Counted from the whole stretch's first letter, positions 1-11,585 are shown. The stretch: 63,636 bases of DNA, filler included, from Reticulomyxa filosa (GCA_000512085.1; 22 parts of 22 records of this genome joined end to end with filler, not necessarily neighbours in it), one strand, 5' to 3'. Notes: a model not told the origin generated them from the sequence alone. Numbers and translations: made by a program.

Positions 1-394
1 AAAAAAAAAAAAAAAACAAACAAAAGGATTTTGTTTGCTCTCTGGTTTTATTGACTCTTTTTTTCCTCCTTGTCTTTTCTCTTCTCTTTTGCTAAGCCAG
101 AATTTTGTGGTAAATGCAATTCTTTCCAATTTATCAACCTTCTTTTTTTTTTTTTTTGGTTATGTCAAGCAGTGAAAATATTCATCCTGGCTGCATTACA
201 ATATTACATAAGTATTAGATTATTGAAATTCACTTAAGCAGACAGGAGTATATGTTGAGTTTAACAAAAAAGAAAGAATGACTTGCCTTTTTTTTTTTTT
301 TTTAACGAGAACAAGAATTGACAATTGTTAAAGTATTTTAAATGAACGTCACAAATAATGCAAATTTTGTTTTTCCCTCTCTTTTCGAATGCAG

Positions 395-522
395 TCATAT
401 CGCGGGTAATACAAACTGAAAATCGACTGAGGGAATTGCAAATGAAATTGAGAAACAGACAAGAAGCAGAAGCAGAACAAAACAAGGAAACCGAGTTAAA
501 AAATGTGTTATGGAAAGTGTAG
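395..522 (+). CDS. Possible last exon of a convergent gene (coiled-coil tail)
   Basis: After GCAG: ISRVIQTENRLRELQMKLRNRQEAEAEQNKETELKNVLWKV*; upstream exons unclear. Confidence 0.3.
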
Positions 523-529
523 CAGTTCT

Positions 530-1883
530 TTATGCGGACTTAGTAAGATTAACTTTGTCAGTTTCGTAAAGTCCTTGCAAAATTTTGGAATGAGAAAAGT
601 CAAGAGACAAAATTTTAATTTCATGAGGCGGACGCATAGGTCTCAAATAGTCAGGTAAGTGGACATCATTTAAAGTGATTTCTTTTTTCCAAGGCAGACA
701 AAATTGTTCGACAGTGATGGACAAGTGAGAAGGGACTTTCATATCACTGCCGTCTGCATTGTATATATTATCCTCCTCATGTTGTTGTCCTTCGCGTTTT
801 GGCGGAGTCCATCGAAGCTCGACCTCATGTTCATGTTGAACATATTTGGGTCGATCAATTTTGGATGGTTTTCTTTTTTTTTTTTTTTTTTAATGCACAT
901 CATATTACGCATTATACGCCAATATTCAATATTTTCGGGGAACAAACAAACAAAAGGGGAAAAAAAAAAAAAAAAAAAGGCACCTTCCATTGAGTAATAC
1001 CATCCATATGCCTGGACGGCCACCATTGATCCAAGCCGTAAAAACGACAAGGAATGACAAGATTGACTTCAGTGTCGGGAATATACTCTTCGAAATGCAA
1101 AGACTCGACATCTTCAAACAGATATCTTTTTTGCATATGTTTTAAAAATGCGAAGAAGTATTCTTGTCGGTTGTAAATTTCGTTTTTGTCGTTTTGTAAC
1201 AATACATTTTTCTGTTCTGCTGTCAGCCGCTCCTTGTTGTCGTCCTTCAAATGCAAATTATACAGTGTACATTTGTTTCTCAAATTCTTTTCGATTTCAC
1301 TTTCCACAAAGCTGCGTCTCAATACAAAGTTAATTTGACGACCGCCATGCTTTCCATTCGTCAATAGCGTACAAGGAACTACGTCAAGCTTTTCCAAATT
1401 CCACCATGGGTATTTTTGCCACGATTTGTTTAACGTATCTTGGCGTCCTTCCCACGGATTACGTTGAAATCTTTCCTTAAATTTTTTTTTTTTTTTTTTA
1501 AATACAAAAAAAACTAGAAATTTCAGGGACATGTTCCATTTCATATATATTGTTCCTATCATATCTCTTTTTTCTCTCTCTCCCCACCCCCTTCTCCTCC
1601 TTCTTTCAAAAAAAAAAAAATTTGACAATGCAAATATCGCACATTGATCACGCGACCGGTCAATGGTTGCGTTTCTAAGTATGGCACTTCTTGGCCAGGA
1701 TACATTGGCGGGTGATTCCCAAACGGTATGAAGTCCCACTTTCGGGGCTGTCGTCGCAGGAACACATTATAATCAGCCAAGGGAAAATGCCCACGTGGTG
1801 AACTATGAAATGAGCGTGCAAATTGGAAGTAAGGACTTGCTCCAAGGCCTTGCCACAATTCCTTCTTGATGCACAATGTCATG
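530..1883 (-). CDS. rplY: Mitochondrial ribosomal protein bL25 (L25/Ctc-type)-like, multi-exon
   Basis: Exons read VVPCTLL..., FLKHMQKRYLFEDVESLHFEEYIPDTEVNLVIPCRFYGLD, VQHEHEVELRW, KVPSHLSITVEQFCLPWKKEITLNDVHLPDYL. This follows the Ctc pattern (VPAVLY...LHVDF...VEVPV.F.G...HEVEV.C...IP..I.VD......I...DL.LP). N-terminus resembles a presequence (FARSFHSS). Introns 873-983, 1476-1514; one splice phase does not close cleanly. Confidence 0.55.
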
Positions 1884-2481
1884 TTTTTTTTTTGTTGCCC
1901 CCATTGCATGTCTTCACTTTCTTTTAAAGAAACAGGACTTGCACAGACCAAACACGAGTTTGGTTAATAAAAAAACTCTTTCTAACTAAAGTATATGTAA
2001 TCCGCAACTTTTATCCCGCTTTGGATATTCTTAAGATTATATTAAACGTAAGATAAAACTATTTGAACTTTTTTCTAAATAAAAAGTAGAAAAAAACACT
2101 TAAACATAAGAAACATTAAAATATATGTTTCATTACTATTTTGTCAAATGAATCCTGCTAACTCTTTCAAATAAACGCTCATTACAGTTTAATTGCTGCT
2201 TTGATGTTTCTTCACTTTTAAAAAACAAGCCAAAAAAAAAAACAACATTATTTAAACAATCTTTAAAAAAAAACAAATTACACAACGTAGTAATAAACTA
2301 AAAAATAACAACTTCTGCGCATTATCAAAACATAACTTTGTAAATCAAAAAACATAATAAACAATCACATGTTTGTGTAATGCAACGTATTTATAAAAAA
2401 CATAAATCTCAAAATTAAAAAAGACAAAAATTTCAACAGAATAACAAAACAAAAAAGAAACACTATTTATAAAATGCATAT

Positions 2482-2617
2482 AAAAAATTAAGTTTGAATT
2501 AACTCCCTTGGGAAAAACAGAAAATGAAAAAAAATATATTCGCCGGCACAAGGTGCCGGCGAACAAATTTTTATTCATTTTGTTTTTGTCAAGGGAGTTA
2601 ATTCAAACTTAATTTTT
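2482..2617. repeat. ~136-bp imperfect palindrome
   Basis: Core TTCGCCGGCAC-AAG-GTGCCGGCGAA (2539-2563); outer perfect 28-bp arms AAAAATTAAGTTTGAATTAACTCCCTTG / CAAGGGAGTTAATTCAAACTTAATTTTT. Confidence 0.9.
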
Positions 2618-2669
2618 GTTTTATACAAGAATAAAGTGTCATATGGCACAAAAACTTAGATTTAAAACT

Positions 2670-2769
2670 NNNNNNNNNNNNNNNNNNNNNNNNNNNNNNN
2701 NNNNNNNNNNNNNTTAATTAATTAANNNNNNNNNNNNNNNNNNNNNNNNNNNNNNNNNNNNNNNNNNNN
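2670..2769. other. Artificial contig linker N44-TTAATTAATTAA-N44 (first of 21)
   Basis: Identical 100-nt spacer with stops in six frames; others start at 5124, 10577, 15490, 16770, 22640, 26271, 29095, 30709, 32208, 34230, 37927, 41814, 43104, 44838, 50932, 52032, 53453, 55221, 56452, 58998. Confidence 0.98.
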
Positions 2770-2913
2770 ATGATATTTAAAAACTACACGATTCGTAGAT
2801 ATTTTTTTTAAATAAAAAAAAAAATTTTGATTAAATGTTGTTTTTTCATGGAGAAATACAATCATCTCTATAAGGTGGCATTTTAGGTGTCAACTTTTTT
2901 TTTTATCTTACTG
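2770..2913 (-). mobile_element. Tc1/mariner terminal repeat (contig-truncated)
   Basis: Ends ...TAGGTGTCAACTTT...TACTG|TA; homologous to ends at 23270, 26488 and 35150. Confidence 0.8.
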
Positions 2914-3753
2914 TATAATTCTTTAAATTGAAAAAGTATCATTAATTTAAATATATATCATATTCAATGAGAAGTCTAATCGATGTGCAAATGCACATGT
3001 TCTGTTATTTAAATGTATTGTTTCAATATTTAACGAAATCTACTTGTTATGTCATCTTAAACATATCTTTATTTGTAAGAAGAAAGGACTAGTGATTTTG
3101 ATAAAATCGTTACTGTTAAATAATAAAGATTAATATCAATAAAGATAACTTGAATAATAAATTTTGTCTATCATTTATCGAGCATTCTTTGTTTCAATTA
3201 AAAGTAAAAAATATTTTTATCGGTGGAAAGAGTGTACCCCCCCTTGTGGAAGTAAACAAAAATAAAAAATAAAATGAGATCATGTTCTGATACAGATTTC
3301 TTGGAATAAACTGATCATTAATCGCTCTTCGAAAAAAACTTCAAACGGGCTGTCTTTTGTTACTTTTCGTTGCGTACATGTATTACTGACGCAGTGCTCC
3401 GCGCAGTACTGTTCATATACTGCATTTCCAAGTTAATACCCGCTTGATCGACTCCTATTGTTATAATTTCACGCATTTATTCTGTTCACTCAAAAGGGTA
3501 GAGAATCTTTTTTTTGCGTTTTAATTTTTCACTGAAGCTCTCGTACAATAATTGAACCCTGCATTCAATATTTTGTTGTTGTTTATGTTGCAAAGAGATA
3601 TGACTGATTAGGCTTATTCAATATTCAATCTTGTGAAATTTTTTTGTTTCATTAACCAAATAAAAAATGTCCACGTAAAATACTTTTTTATTGTATGCTT
3701 GAAAGGGTCCTTTTTTAAAAAAAGTTAAAAACTACTTTAAAAACTTCAGCAAC

Positions 3754-5123
3754 ATGACTAATCTAAATACAGCACAAAAATCTCCTGAAAGACAAACTGA
3801 ACAAATTCAGTCTCTTATTACCCCCTTTCAAACTCTGAAGGCCTTGCCTAATCCGTTTTCTCGCTCTCAATGTGTGTCGCACAAACACGAACTCCTCATT
3901 TGTGGAGGCTATCAACAAAGAGCTTGTTATTCTTATAATACAATCAAAAATGAATACAAGTTTATCTGTGAGTATCCAATTCATATTAAATTAAATGGAC
4001 ATTGTGTAGTGAAACTGGTAGATAATAATAGTAAAGACAGAAACGAAATCACTTTGCTGTCTTTTGGTGGAAAATATAAGCATACATTGATAATGAAATA
4101 TGTAAGTATTTGGAGTAATGAAAATAATAATAATGAGAATAAAATAAATGACTCAAAGGAATTAAATAAATCAAGCAATTACAATAAATGGACTCCTTTC
4201 AAAGACAATCACAATCGTTCAGTTATCATTGGAAGAAAGAGTGATAATTATGAAGGAGTGCGTGCAGTGATTGGTGGAATCAATAGTCATTTGTTATTTA
4301 TCACTTATTATCCAAAGAATATTAGTGTGTTTGATTTAAATACATTTCAATTTATTAAATATGATAAATTACCAACTAATAATTTAATATGTTATCATTG
4401 CTTTGTATCAAATTCAGAAAATGGACAAGGACAAGAAATGATAAAAACAAATAATAAAAAAAATAAACAAAATTATCAAATGCTGTTGTTTTGTTTCAAG
4501 ACAGGATTATCAATTGAATACGATGAAGAAAGCAACACTTTTCAATTTTATCAACTGCCTGTTTGTGATGGTATTGTATCATTATTTAGATATGCATATG
4601 TGTGTATCAATGATGTCATCTTATTCTTTGGTGGATGTAATGGTGATAATATTATTTCAAATTCAGTACACAAGTATTCAATTCAAGAATCCAAATGGAT
4701 AACATTTAAAAACAATTTACCCATTCAATTAGAGAATTGTGTTGCAATACTAAGTGAAGACAACACTAATATACACTTTATTGGAGGACAAGATGATAAA
4801 AATACAGTATTATCAATTCACATGCAGACAAGATTGCGTGTATGGGATAACCCACAGTCGGTAATTATAAAAATTACTATTCAATATTGGATTCGATTTT
4901 TAAAGATAAAATTAGGATGGATCGATGAATTTAACAAAATTATTATAAATTATGTTAAGTAATATTATTTTTTTTTTTGCATATAAATGATTGTTATTAT
5001 ATAATTTGCATGTTCAAATAGGTAAAAGGTTATCAATTATTAATGGTCTTACAAGGACATGACAAATCAGTGAGTAGTATAAGATTTTCTGCAGATGGTC
5101 GCAAGATTGTTTCAGCATCATAT
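3754..5123 (+). CDS. Kelch-like beta-propeller + IQYWIR module + WD40 fusion (3' partial)
   Basis: 402-aa ORF with GG kelch-type motifs (LICGG, VIGG, FFGG, FIGG); phase-0 intron 4954-5021, then VKGYQLLMVLQGHDKSVSSIRFSADGRKIVSASY (WD40). Confidence 0.85.
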
Positions 5124-5508
5124 NNNNNNNNNNNNNNNNNNNNNNNNNNNNNNNNNNNNNNNNNNNNTTAATTAATTAANNNNNNNNNNNNNNNNNNNNN
5201 NNNNNNNNNNNNNNNNNNNNNNNTTTTTTTTTTTTTTTTTGCAGCTTTGGAAAAAGGTAAACACTAAATAAAATACTTGTTAACTGATTTTTTTTTTTTT
5301 TTTTTTGAAAAAGATAACATCATCTTTTCTTTTTTTTTTACGCTTTGTGCGACCAAAGGGGATTTTTTTTGCCCAAGCTCCGGAGTAAAAAAAAAAGACC
5401 TTTTTTTTTACCAAGGGCGTTTTGTGTTGTATGATTTTGGAAGTTTGAAGTTTTGGGCTGTATGTTGCAAAAGGGGTGAAAGGAAGCAAGAAATACTTTT
5501 TGCGGCAA

Positions 5509-7105
5509 ATGAAAAACCACAAGATGAAGTTGGACTCGAGGGTAATGAAACAGCTGAAATGTGAGCTGATGGACTTGGTGGAACATTCAGAGTTGTTTTT
5601 GGAGTTGTGTCAAGACAAGTACGGCAGCCGATACGTCCAAAAATTGCTTGAAGAGGAAGAAGACATTTCTTTGCCACATTTGGAAGTACTGTTAACAATG
5701 TTGTGCGAAAATGATATGTCGGTTCAATTATCTCAAAACGTGTCTGGCAATTATGTCATCCAAAAGCTGTTAGAAATAATTTGTGAAAAACAAAAAGTCG
5801 AATCGCCTGTTGACTGCAATAAGTCCACCGCACGACGAGGAGGGAAAAAAAAAGAAGAAAACGATTATGACAACGATAGTGAAGAAGACCAATACACGAA
5901 AGGAGTGGATAGCAATGCTGATGTGGCAAAAAAGAAGAGCACAATAACAGTTCCTAAGCAAAATAACAGTATACGTGGAAAAAACGGCGACGATGCAAGT
6001 TTTTCGACAAACACAAACTTGGAGAAACAAAGACGAACAGAATTGGGAAAGGCTTATTTGAATTATTTGTTTAAGCGAAAAACGGAAGAAATGGCAACGA
6101 ACCAGTACAGCTCGCGCATAGTCCAGCGTATATTACGTTATGACAACAGCGAGTTTTTGGAAATTAAAAAAATCATTTTGTCCCCAAATCGATGCAAAAC
6201 AGCAATATTTTCAATCGCTTTGTCCATCATCAATTTGGTAAGTTTGTATTGTCTGTAAAATTGTGATAAGCAATTTTTAACTTTGTCTTTTTTTTCTTTT
6301 TTTTTTTAAACAGGTAATCATATACTTCAAAAATGTATTGAATTCATCCCTAACGAATATTTGGACACGACATGCAAACGAATGGAAGGAAGGATATTCG
6401 AGTACGCGATTCACGTGTATGGCTGTCGAATTTTGCAACTGCTCATGGAACGCTGCACGCTGGCTCAAATGAGGCCAATTTATGAAGAAATACTAGAAAA
6501 AGTGGTGGAAATGTGTATTGATCAACATGCAAATTATGTCATTCAAATGATGCTCAAGTCATGCAAAGACGTTTGCTTGACAACTCGATTAGTAGATATT
6601 GTTGCCACCAATGTAGATATTTTGTGTTCTGAAAAATTTGCATCCAATGTTGTGGAATTTTGTTTGACCAAATGCAACGATGCTTTTCAGAAACAAATGT
6701 TGGACACATTGCTTTACGACCACAACCAAAAAAATTTTTACAAGTCTGTATTGGTTGCAGATTTGGTAAAAAACAAGTATGGAAATTATGGTATGTTCTT
6801 TTGTTTTTTTGAGTTACAACCTCTTTGTTTTTAGGAGCAAACAAACGTATGGGCAATTTTTAAAAAAGGTGAGGTTAGAGGTATTTTTTTTATTAAGAGA
6901 GAGAAAAAAAAAACATATGTGCCTTTCAATAGTGGTTCAAAAGATGGCGCATGTGACTAAGTCACATGAAAATGCCAAGTATCGCAATGATCTGATCCAA
7001 CAAATTCAAAGTAATGTCCCCAAGGATGACCTGATAAAATATCCCTGGGGAACTTATGTTTTGCGATCAATGGAAGAATTAAATGCTTATACAATTAAAT
7101 CATAG
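5509..7105 (+). CDS. PUM: Pumilio/PUF RNA-binding protein, 8 repeats
   Basis: Repeat motifs SRYVQ, NYVIQ, SRIVQ, NHILQ, CRILQ, NYVIQ, SNVVE, NYVVQ; introns 6238-6313 and 6791-6932; frameshift near 6180-6198, likely a homopolymer error; start codon uncertain. Confidence 0.9.
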
Positions 7106-7284
7106 CTTTGTGGCAAAAAGTTTATTTTTTTTTATTTGCATTGTTTCCCTTTGTTGCCAATGAACAAATAAGCAAACAAAAATTGAGCAAAGAACACGTG
7201 GGGTGTATGTTTTTTTTTGCAATGAGTATTTAAAATAAAAAATAAAATCACCATAATGAAAAATATTTCGAGACTTGTGGTGAA

Positions 7285-7421
7285 TTTTTTTTTTTTTTAG
7301 AAAGGGTTTGGTGGCCTTGACCTTGCTGCCTTTTTTTCTTTTTAGAAAAGGGTTTGGTGATCTTACCTTGCTGCCTTTTTTTCTTTTTAGAAAAGGGTTT
7401 GGTGGTCTTGATCTTGCTGCC
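7285..7421. repeat. Three ~46-bp tandem repeats
   Basis: Unit TTTTTTTCTTTTTAGAAAAGGGTTTGGTGGYCTTGAYCTTGCTGCC, three near-identical copies. Confidence 0.9.
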
Positions 7422-7965
7422 TAGCTGAAAAAACATCGATTAGCTGATTTTCTGTTTGTGCGTTTGCTTTGTCATGTTTTTTCTGCCGTTCTTGCTGCTC
7501 TTAGTTTTGTTTGTTGGGTTTTGTAGTGGTTGTTGGTAAATTGCTTATATCATTGCAACAAAGATTTTCTTTGTAATCCATGTGAAATTTCTTATATTCC
7601 CGAACAAAAATTTGGCTGGAATATTTTTGAACTTAAGAAAAGTAAAAACAACCTACAGTCGTACAAATATTATTTTAGCAAGATCTAGGCTTGATCTTGC
7701 TTCATTTCGTTGACAAGCATTTCTGTATTTTTTTACTACAGATTTGTAGAATAGGTCGGATAGAAATTCAGGCCAGTCAAACTTGCAAATTAATGAAACT
7801 AACCTGTTTTATCGTATACAAAAGTTCCATAATAAAAAAAGGAACTCCCAAGGGGTTGTGCGTAAAAAAAAAAAGGTAAAAAGTTAGTTGTTTAGTTGTT
7901 CTTGTGTGGTGAATATTGGAAACTATTAGACATAATAGCTGTTGTTGGTTGTTGATAAAAGAAGA

Positions 7966-8728
7966 ATGACTTTGTTTGAAGTATGTACATTAATTTGGTG
8001 GTTGTTGTACACGTTGGAAAGAATACCAATGGTAATAAGTAAAAGTAATTGTACAAATGGGAATGAAACAAGAGCAACAAAAGAGATGAAAGAATATTTA
8101 GAAGGAGCAACAATGATAATAATGGATAGTAATTGGACAAGTCGTTGTGATATATGTATAGAAGATGAGAAATATTTTGAATGTGAAGAAATAATAGGAG
8201 AAATAAAAGAAATAACAAAAATAAGAATAGAAGGAACAATATCAAAAAGATTAAGAGGATATTTATCATGGGAAAAAATAAAAAATAATAAAAAATTAAA
8301 AGAAATAAAAATAAAAAATAATATATTAGAAAATGGAATATCAAATAAAATAAATGAAACATTATTAAATAAAAATTGGATATATTTAGATTTATCAAAT
8401 AATGGATTTAAAGAACAATTAAATATAGAATATTTACCAAAATCATTACAATATCTTAATTTATCAAATAATGAATATTCATTATATAATATATCATTAT
8501 TATTTAATAATATATATTTTCCAAATTTAACAATAATAGATTTACAATCAAATAATATTTATTATGATAATAAAACATTAATTATTGATAATAATAATAA
8601 TAAATTAAAATATATTAGTTTAAGTAATAATTGGTTATTTAATGATATTATATTAAAAGATATTACAAATTATTTAGAATATGTTGATATAAGTTATAAT
8701 TATATAAAAGATATTACAATAATAAATG

Positions 8729-8763
<35 letters not shown>

Positions 8764-9792
8764 TTAACATATTTAGATTTAAGTTATAATCAATTAAATT
8801 GTTCAAAAATAATTACAATTATGGAACAATTAAAACAATTTGATAAATTAAAAAATATTAAAATGAATAAGATGTGTATTAATTATGATAATAATGATAA
8901 TGATACAAATATTATATTACCATCATCTCTTATTAATTTAAATATAAATCAAAATAATTTAAATGGAAAAATTATTTTAACAATATCAAAAAATTTAACA
9001 TATATTGATTTAAGTTATAATAAAATAAAAGAATTAAATATAGATATAAATAATAATAATAATAATAATAATAATATATCTTTATTAAAAGAAATAAATT
9101 TACAAAATAATAATATAAATAAAACTAATATTTTTAAAATAATAAATAATTTAAATAATTTAGAAATATTAAATTTATATAATAATAAAATAAATGAAAA
9201 AATAAATTGGACATTAATACCAATATCATTAAAAGAATTATATTTAGATTCAAATAAAATAAATGATATAAATGATATTTATAATGATAATTTATTATTA
9301 TTAAATTTACAATATTTATCATTATCAAATAATCCATTATTAAATAATCAATTAAATTTAACAAAAATATTACAAAATATTCCTAAATTAGAAGGATTAT
9401 TTTTATCATCAACAGGATTAAAAGGATTAGAATTATTATTATCATCATCATCTTCTTCTTCTTTATTATCATTATTAGATATAAGTAATAATGATATTTC
9501 TAATGAAATAAATTTTAATAATTTTCCTTTATCATTAACATATATAAATTTATATAATAATAAATTAAATGGTAAATTAGATATTGAATCATTATTTAAT
9601 TGGTTAATAAAAGCAAATGAAAATGATAAAAAAAATATGAAACAACAACAAAGATATTTAAAAATAAGTAAGAATACATTTTCAGGTGTAATTTGGCCAA
9701 CAAATGAAACATTAATAAATTTTGGTAAAATAAATAATAGACCAATAACATTAATAGAAATAGATGATAATTTATATTGTAATATAAATTTA

Positions 9793-9823
<31 letters not shown>

Positions 9824-10576
9824 TGATACAAATTCTACATTAATTGATAATTATAATTATACAACATATTCTACTGCTAATTGTAGTAATGTATTCTTTC
9901 GTTGTGATACTGGAACTAATGGTGATGGTTCATTAACTATACAATGGGGTTATACAAATTGTTATTGTCGTTGTGTATATAGTATAATATTACATGTAAA
10001 ATTAATTAGTTTATCAACATCTATTATATCTAATGCTACAAATATTTTATCAGATACTGTTGAACAATCATTAATTCTTCATTCAAAAAATTTATTAATG
10101 ACACAAAATGAATGGAATATAGATCGTATTATAATAAATAATACAGAATATGATTATAATAATAATAATTATTATAATATTATTAATATAAGAGTATGGA
10201 GTTATAATTTTACAATATATGAATATTTATATGATGAAATAACAATAAATAAAGATATTATTCCTAATAAAAATAATAATTATGATATTGGACAAAGTAC
10301 ATATACTAATGATTTACAAACACAATTACAAGTTATGTTTAATAATAGATTAACTGCTATTATTCGTTATTCTGTAAGTGATCAATTAGCAATTGATAAT
10401 AATAAATCTTCTATTATTAATCATTCTTCTTTATTTGCTATTATTATTGCATTTATAGTATTTTTTTCTTTTATTTTTATTATTGTTATTTCATTATTAT
10501 TTTATTATTTTTATTATCAACCAAGAAAATTATTAAAAAAGAAATTATCTATTATTAATAATAATAATAATAATAA
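7966..10576 (+). CDS. LRR type-I membrane receptor-like protein (3' partial)
   Basis: Hydrophobic N-terminus; many LxxLDLSxN repeats; after a 1-nt shift at ~9821 (end of an AAT run) the frame is open via Cys-rich YDTNSTLID...CYCRC into ORF 10098 with a TM helix (LFAIIIAFIVFFSFIFIIVISLLFYYF) followed by a basic patch. Confidence 0.85.
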
Positions 10577-10676
10577 NNNNNNNNNNNNNNNNNNNNNNNN
10601 NNNNNNNNNNNNNNNNNNNNTTAATTAATTAANNNNNNNNNNNNNNNNNNNNNNNNNNNNNNNNNNNNNNNNNNNN

Positions 10677-10984
10677 ATAATGATAATGATGATAATCATT
10701 TTAATCATATTTGGGAATTTATTAAATATATGGATCATATTGGAATGGCTTGTATTGAAACTTTATCTTATTCACAATTTAAACAATATCTTGATTATAG
10801 TAAAAATACTATTTGTGGTCGACGTCCTATTTCCATTTTATTACAAACACTTCAATTTTCTAAAACTTTTAAAAGTTTTCAACTCCAATTTTTTCATTAC
10901 AGTCAATCCAATCAAGTTCGTTCTCACAAAGATACCAGTGTTAGTTACGCTGCTGGGGTCCTCTTTTTGCCCTCCAATAAATAG
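10677..10984 (+). CDS. MEMO1: MEMO1 family protein, C-terminal fragment
   Basis: NTICGRRPI and YSQS...DTSVSYAAG motifs of MEMO1/AmmeMemoRadiSam B. Confidence 0.88.
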
Positions 10985-11585
10985 ATTTTTTTTTTACTGT
11001 CCGAGATTTTTTTTTTTGGAACAATTAGGGATAGAACAAGCCCATGCATAGTTACTGGCTTTTTTTCAAAGAGCGACAATACATTTTTAAAAAAATTGAG
11101 TGCGGAAAACAATTCTTGAAGAAAACAAGGTAAAATTTTAATCATCAGTTATTGATTCAATAATCTTGTGTTTCTTCGATCTTGTAGGATATGTCTTGAA
11201 GTGGCAGACTCTATTCATGTATTACTCGCTTCTCTAATCTCTTATTATTTTCTAACTTATTGCATAGAGAAGATGCGATCTGGTTCAACTTTGCTTCATA
11301 TACTTTGATGTAATGAGTGGAAGAAAGAATAGTGTCAAATTTTGTTAGTGATGATACTCAAGGCTATTTTTATTTCCATCAAAGCTTATTCTACACAGTA
11401 CGGTCTGTACTCTAAGTGTGTGAATGGTGATTTTTTTGTTCTAATAAAAAGTATGACCAAACAATTGTGAGAAGGGACGCAATGGAATATATTTTCAGCA
11501 ATACGCAAAAGTGTAAATATATAACAGGAACAAAGTGAGATCAAACATAAATGTAGAGTCAGCACGTGGAAAATAATATATTGTC

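Noticed and set aside
7285-7421. CRISPR-like array
   Set aside because: No unique spacers, eukaryotic context, no cas genes
10576-10677. LRR receptor continuing into MEMO1 as a fusion
   Set aside because: Separated by a linker; the two contigs only share AT-rich ends
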